This document shows, piece after piece, positions 62,701-64,000 of a DNA stretch of 64,000 nt. Source of the DNA: Diplonema japonicum (lineage: Eukaryota; Protista; Euglenozoa: Diplonemea); assembly GCA_964019335.1 (NCBI GenBank), contig OZ025724.1:186001-250000 (forward strand), in the 5' to 3' direction. The notes below the pieces were generated by a model. It had not been told where the DNA came from. It searched no databases and saw only the letters and a list, made by a program, of their open reading frames with translations. Within the stretch, counting starts at the first letter, position 1, and every line of letters starts with the position of its first letter. A program made the translations under genes and the position numbers.

Positions 62701-64000
62701 CTAGCAAGCCCTCTTCCCAGTCCCACACGGCAACGTTGATCATAGGGGCTTGCGAAAGGTCTTCGACCTTGGGAGGCATGAAAATTCTGCCGGTCAACGT
62801 TTCGTACCAAAGAGGGCAAAGTGTTTCCTCGTTCCGTCTTGTTGTCTTTCTATAGTTCCCGCATTGAATCTCCGTGTACGGGTCGGAGGTACCCGTTCGA
62901 TCCGCAGCAGCGAGGCCTCTTGCTTGGTAGATGTGGGATCGTAAAACGTAAGCTTTTTTATCGACGGGGCGAACAGGCTCGCGGACGCCTGCCGGATCGT
63001 AGTCGGAGTTCAGGCCGATACGGAACTGCAAGAACGTGGGGATATCGATCGCTAGCTTTCCCGTCTTTTTCTTTACGGGTTCGAAGAGGTGCCATTTCGG
63101 TCTGTAGCTCGACGTGGTGGAGACAACACTTTCCACGCATTGAGGAATGTCCTTCGGGTGGAGGACGAGCTCGGCAACGGCTTCCTGCGATAACGGTGCA
63201 TCTCTTAGAAGACGGACCACCACTACAGGAAGTTGATCCCAATCGCCCCAATCCGCCGTTTTCGAATCAATATTTTTCGGTTGATCGCCTTGGTTTGGAA
63301 AATCACCAGGGTCCCGGATTTCAGGCCATCGTGCTACAATTTCTTCCAGCGGTTCAAACCAGCATGCGATGCCGTGTTCGTCCTTGTGCATCATGCCTGA
63401 GGAACGGATTTCGTTGCCCCATTCTACTTCGACGATTAGATCTTCGAACCACCCGACGGCTTCGTCGAGAGACGCACCTTGGTACAAGTCGAATCTTAAT
63501 GTCCAGTTGACCTCTCTGGGTTTAACGGGACCGCCTGTGAGCATTTCCTTGTTTTTGTCAGGGAGTTTCACTTCGTCCATGTACTCTGCTTTGAACCCGG
63601 CCAACAGTCGGCCTACATATCTAGTGCGGGTGGGTTCGTTCATCTGACGTTTGTAGCATGCTTTCAACACCTCGTTGAGGTCCGGTTCTTCGGCGTGGCC
63701 GTAGAGGGGGAACCATCTCGGTGCCATTTCCCCGCCTTGCTCGATCAAGCGTTTGAACGAAAACGTTTTGTTCGAAATCAGTTCGTCGAATATTAGATCT
63801 TTATCGAGGAGTTCGAGGATGATTAGGTCGGTCGGAGCCCTTGCGCCGACTTTGAGAGTGATCTTCGTGTTGAACTTTGGGTTCTGATTCTGCTCGAATG
63901 TCTCCGTGGCGATTTTTTGCTTCCCGGCGAAACCAACTTTTAAGAAGGGATCGACAGTGCCCCACATGTCCATAATTGGTAGATCTTGTGCTTCCCATAA
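59729..64000 (-). CDS. Ferlin family protein (multiple C2 domains, tail anchor); 5'-partial
   Basis: C2 motifs (AQDLPIMD..TVDPFL; LRSHIYQARGLAAADRTGTSDPY..TLCPLWYETL; LGLRDL; NYNWRMV) and a terminal TM helix. Frame is open to the window edge. Confidence 0.92.
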   Translation of the reverse strand, partial: LWEAQDLPIMDMWGTVDPFLKVGFAGKQKIATETFEQNQNPKFNTKITLKVGARAPTDLIILELLDKDLIFDELISNKTFSFKRLIEQGGEMAPRWFPLYGHAEEPDLNEVLKACYKRQMNEPTRTRYVGRLLAGFKAEYMDEVKLPDKNKEMLTGGPVKPREVNWTLRFDLYQGASLDEAVGWFEDLIVEVEWGNEIRSSGMMHKDEHGIACWFEPLEEIVARWPEIRDPGDFPNQGDQPKNIDSKTADWGDWDQLPVVVVRLLRDAPLSQEAVAELVLHPKDIPQCVESVVSTTSSYRPKWHLFEPVKKKTGKLAIDIPTFLQFRIGLNSDYDPAGVREPVRPVDKKAYVLRSHIYQARGLAAADRTGTSDPYTEIQCGNYRKTTRRNEETLCPLWYETLTGRIFMPPKVEDLSQAPMINVAVWDWEEGLLGFSSDTIIGRTEFEISNKIIVNQWEVYKPRKPKWQSLYDIIDGKKIPAGEILISFDIMHPNLSKEKHHKLPENGSLIPFIQFEPMILEYSMLGLRDLEPLPGLFSHTPVSGTKIRIKCGFAEWEDVVDYEWINTNKRSIYTDEDLMDRKQKYLSLPMMQTQLLPGVDEPNGTNPHYGMVGYLKFNYPVDRRYVPNVVVEVRDGKDRLIGMFDQKLSDVLAEQGVKVKGVRDEHLKLALERNGIDPAAAVDKGANVDGAEVDMDEPEVEGESGDDDETDDEAEAQKIQDELKKRKREPDNTNPLLEDDRPDEDAEDHEPCFGYDGPYDDNLKHLPYNRYLIKRQAPVAFNPFSLTFDRRPKLVTSGVFKGRFRVLKPMEIPGKEFTSLVNGKWGSIRGEPDGELGALAQFGSAEQILEWSDPDGKYPIVDLLHNKKKYATRPQNEHPLFYIGIDYREDVDVPPEPCCSNNSDDEEEEESDQSDISDIDETEHERVPTTPLERGGEVIQWYWDTRQEEWEETFSPKELVCRTYVYNAYYLVGQRGNDTNPTLKLSIPSGAEMLEESYPPSGGNATAWPMVLRTLAPNFRHTFSDVAVFLPGAGVATMTLVDRDEGIFTTTETEIGYTKFDIEDLAYDNYFATWKDRWEYSTWPTEQRSLASHTSRAPMGKVKMFVQVLDMDVAQKHRPMNIKGPGPMDFELRLTVMDLKDVRPPPDHEGEEIPTMQLGFLGKIPCFPCLRGPADDSPPGVVCCPGGLNIQVAATAKWCFPEAEEDRCPSSATDSQRCVSFENMSANYNWRMVLPVTLPCKFHFIQLNVYSTKFLGLFGPDAITENVFNLKAFFDRALDAKGRKPITIQLPAEKGGKWINLTHPKRGEETMAQLSVHMELVSKELSKELEQDDCLEGADAWDQVTTWPTRKLADLSDAQKKSKKVIAITKPDRPPVDFWPFNLFAWGRWCIYRHYWTVAIVSAISSVIVVCIGVAYLKAAGMI

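Overview
Eukaryotic nuclear DNA. All ~24 recognisable host genes lie on the minus strand, intergenic DNA is full of A/T/C/G homopolymers, and cis-introns are very short GT-AG type (37-64 nt). This layout, a (DTTAP)n-stalked GH18 chitinase and an 8-copy pectin acetylesterase array suggest a euglenozoan, most likely a diplonemid (inference). Host genes: DCN1-like (partial), CCCH-type Zn protein, I9 inhibitor, double La-motif protein, two intact copies and one broken copy of an MVP/SPFH-like gene, Zn-finger-PARP, GT47-like glycosyltransferase, chitinase, pseudo-receiver, NOL11-like, 8 PAE/Notum-family esterases and a ferlin (partial). The most striking feature is an apparently intact 6.5-kb APE-RT non-LTR retrotransposon (22149-28654). 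Its ORF1 carries an OTU cysteine-protease domain and is joined in frame to ORF2 across a single UAG in the tobamovirus leaky-stop context CAA-UAG-CAA-UUA-CAG, predicting a 2142-aa readthrough polyprotein. It has almost no 5'UTR, a 3' stem-loop that covaries with a diverged truncated relative (612-1392), and ends in a sense-strand T-run rather than poly(A). A defective piggyBac element and other transposon relics are also present. All calls come from reading motifs by eye; no searches were run.
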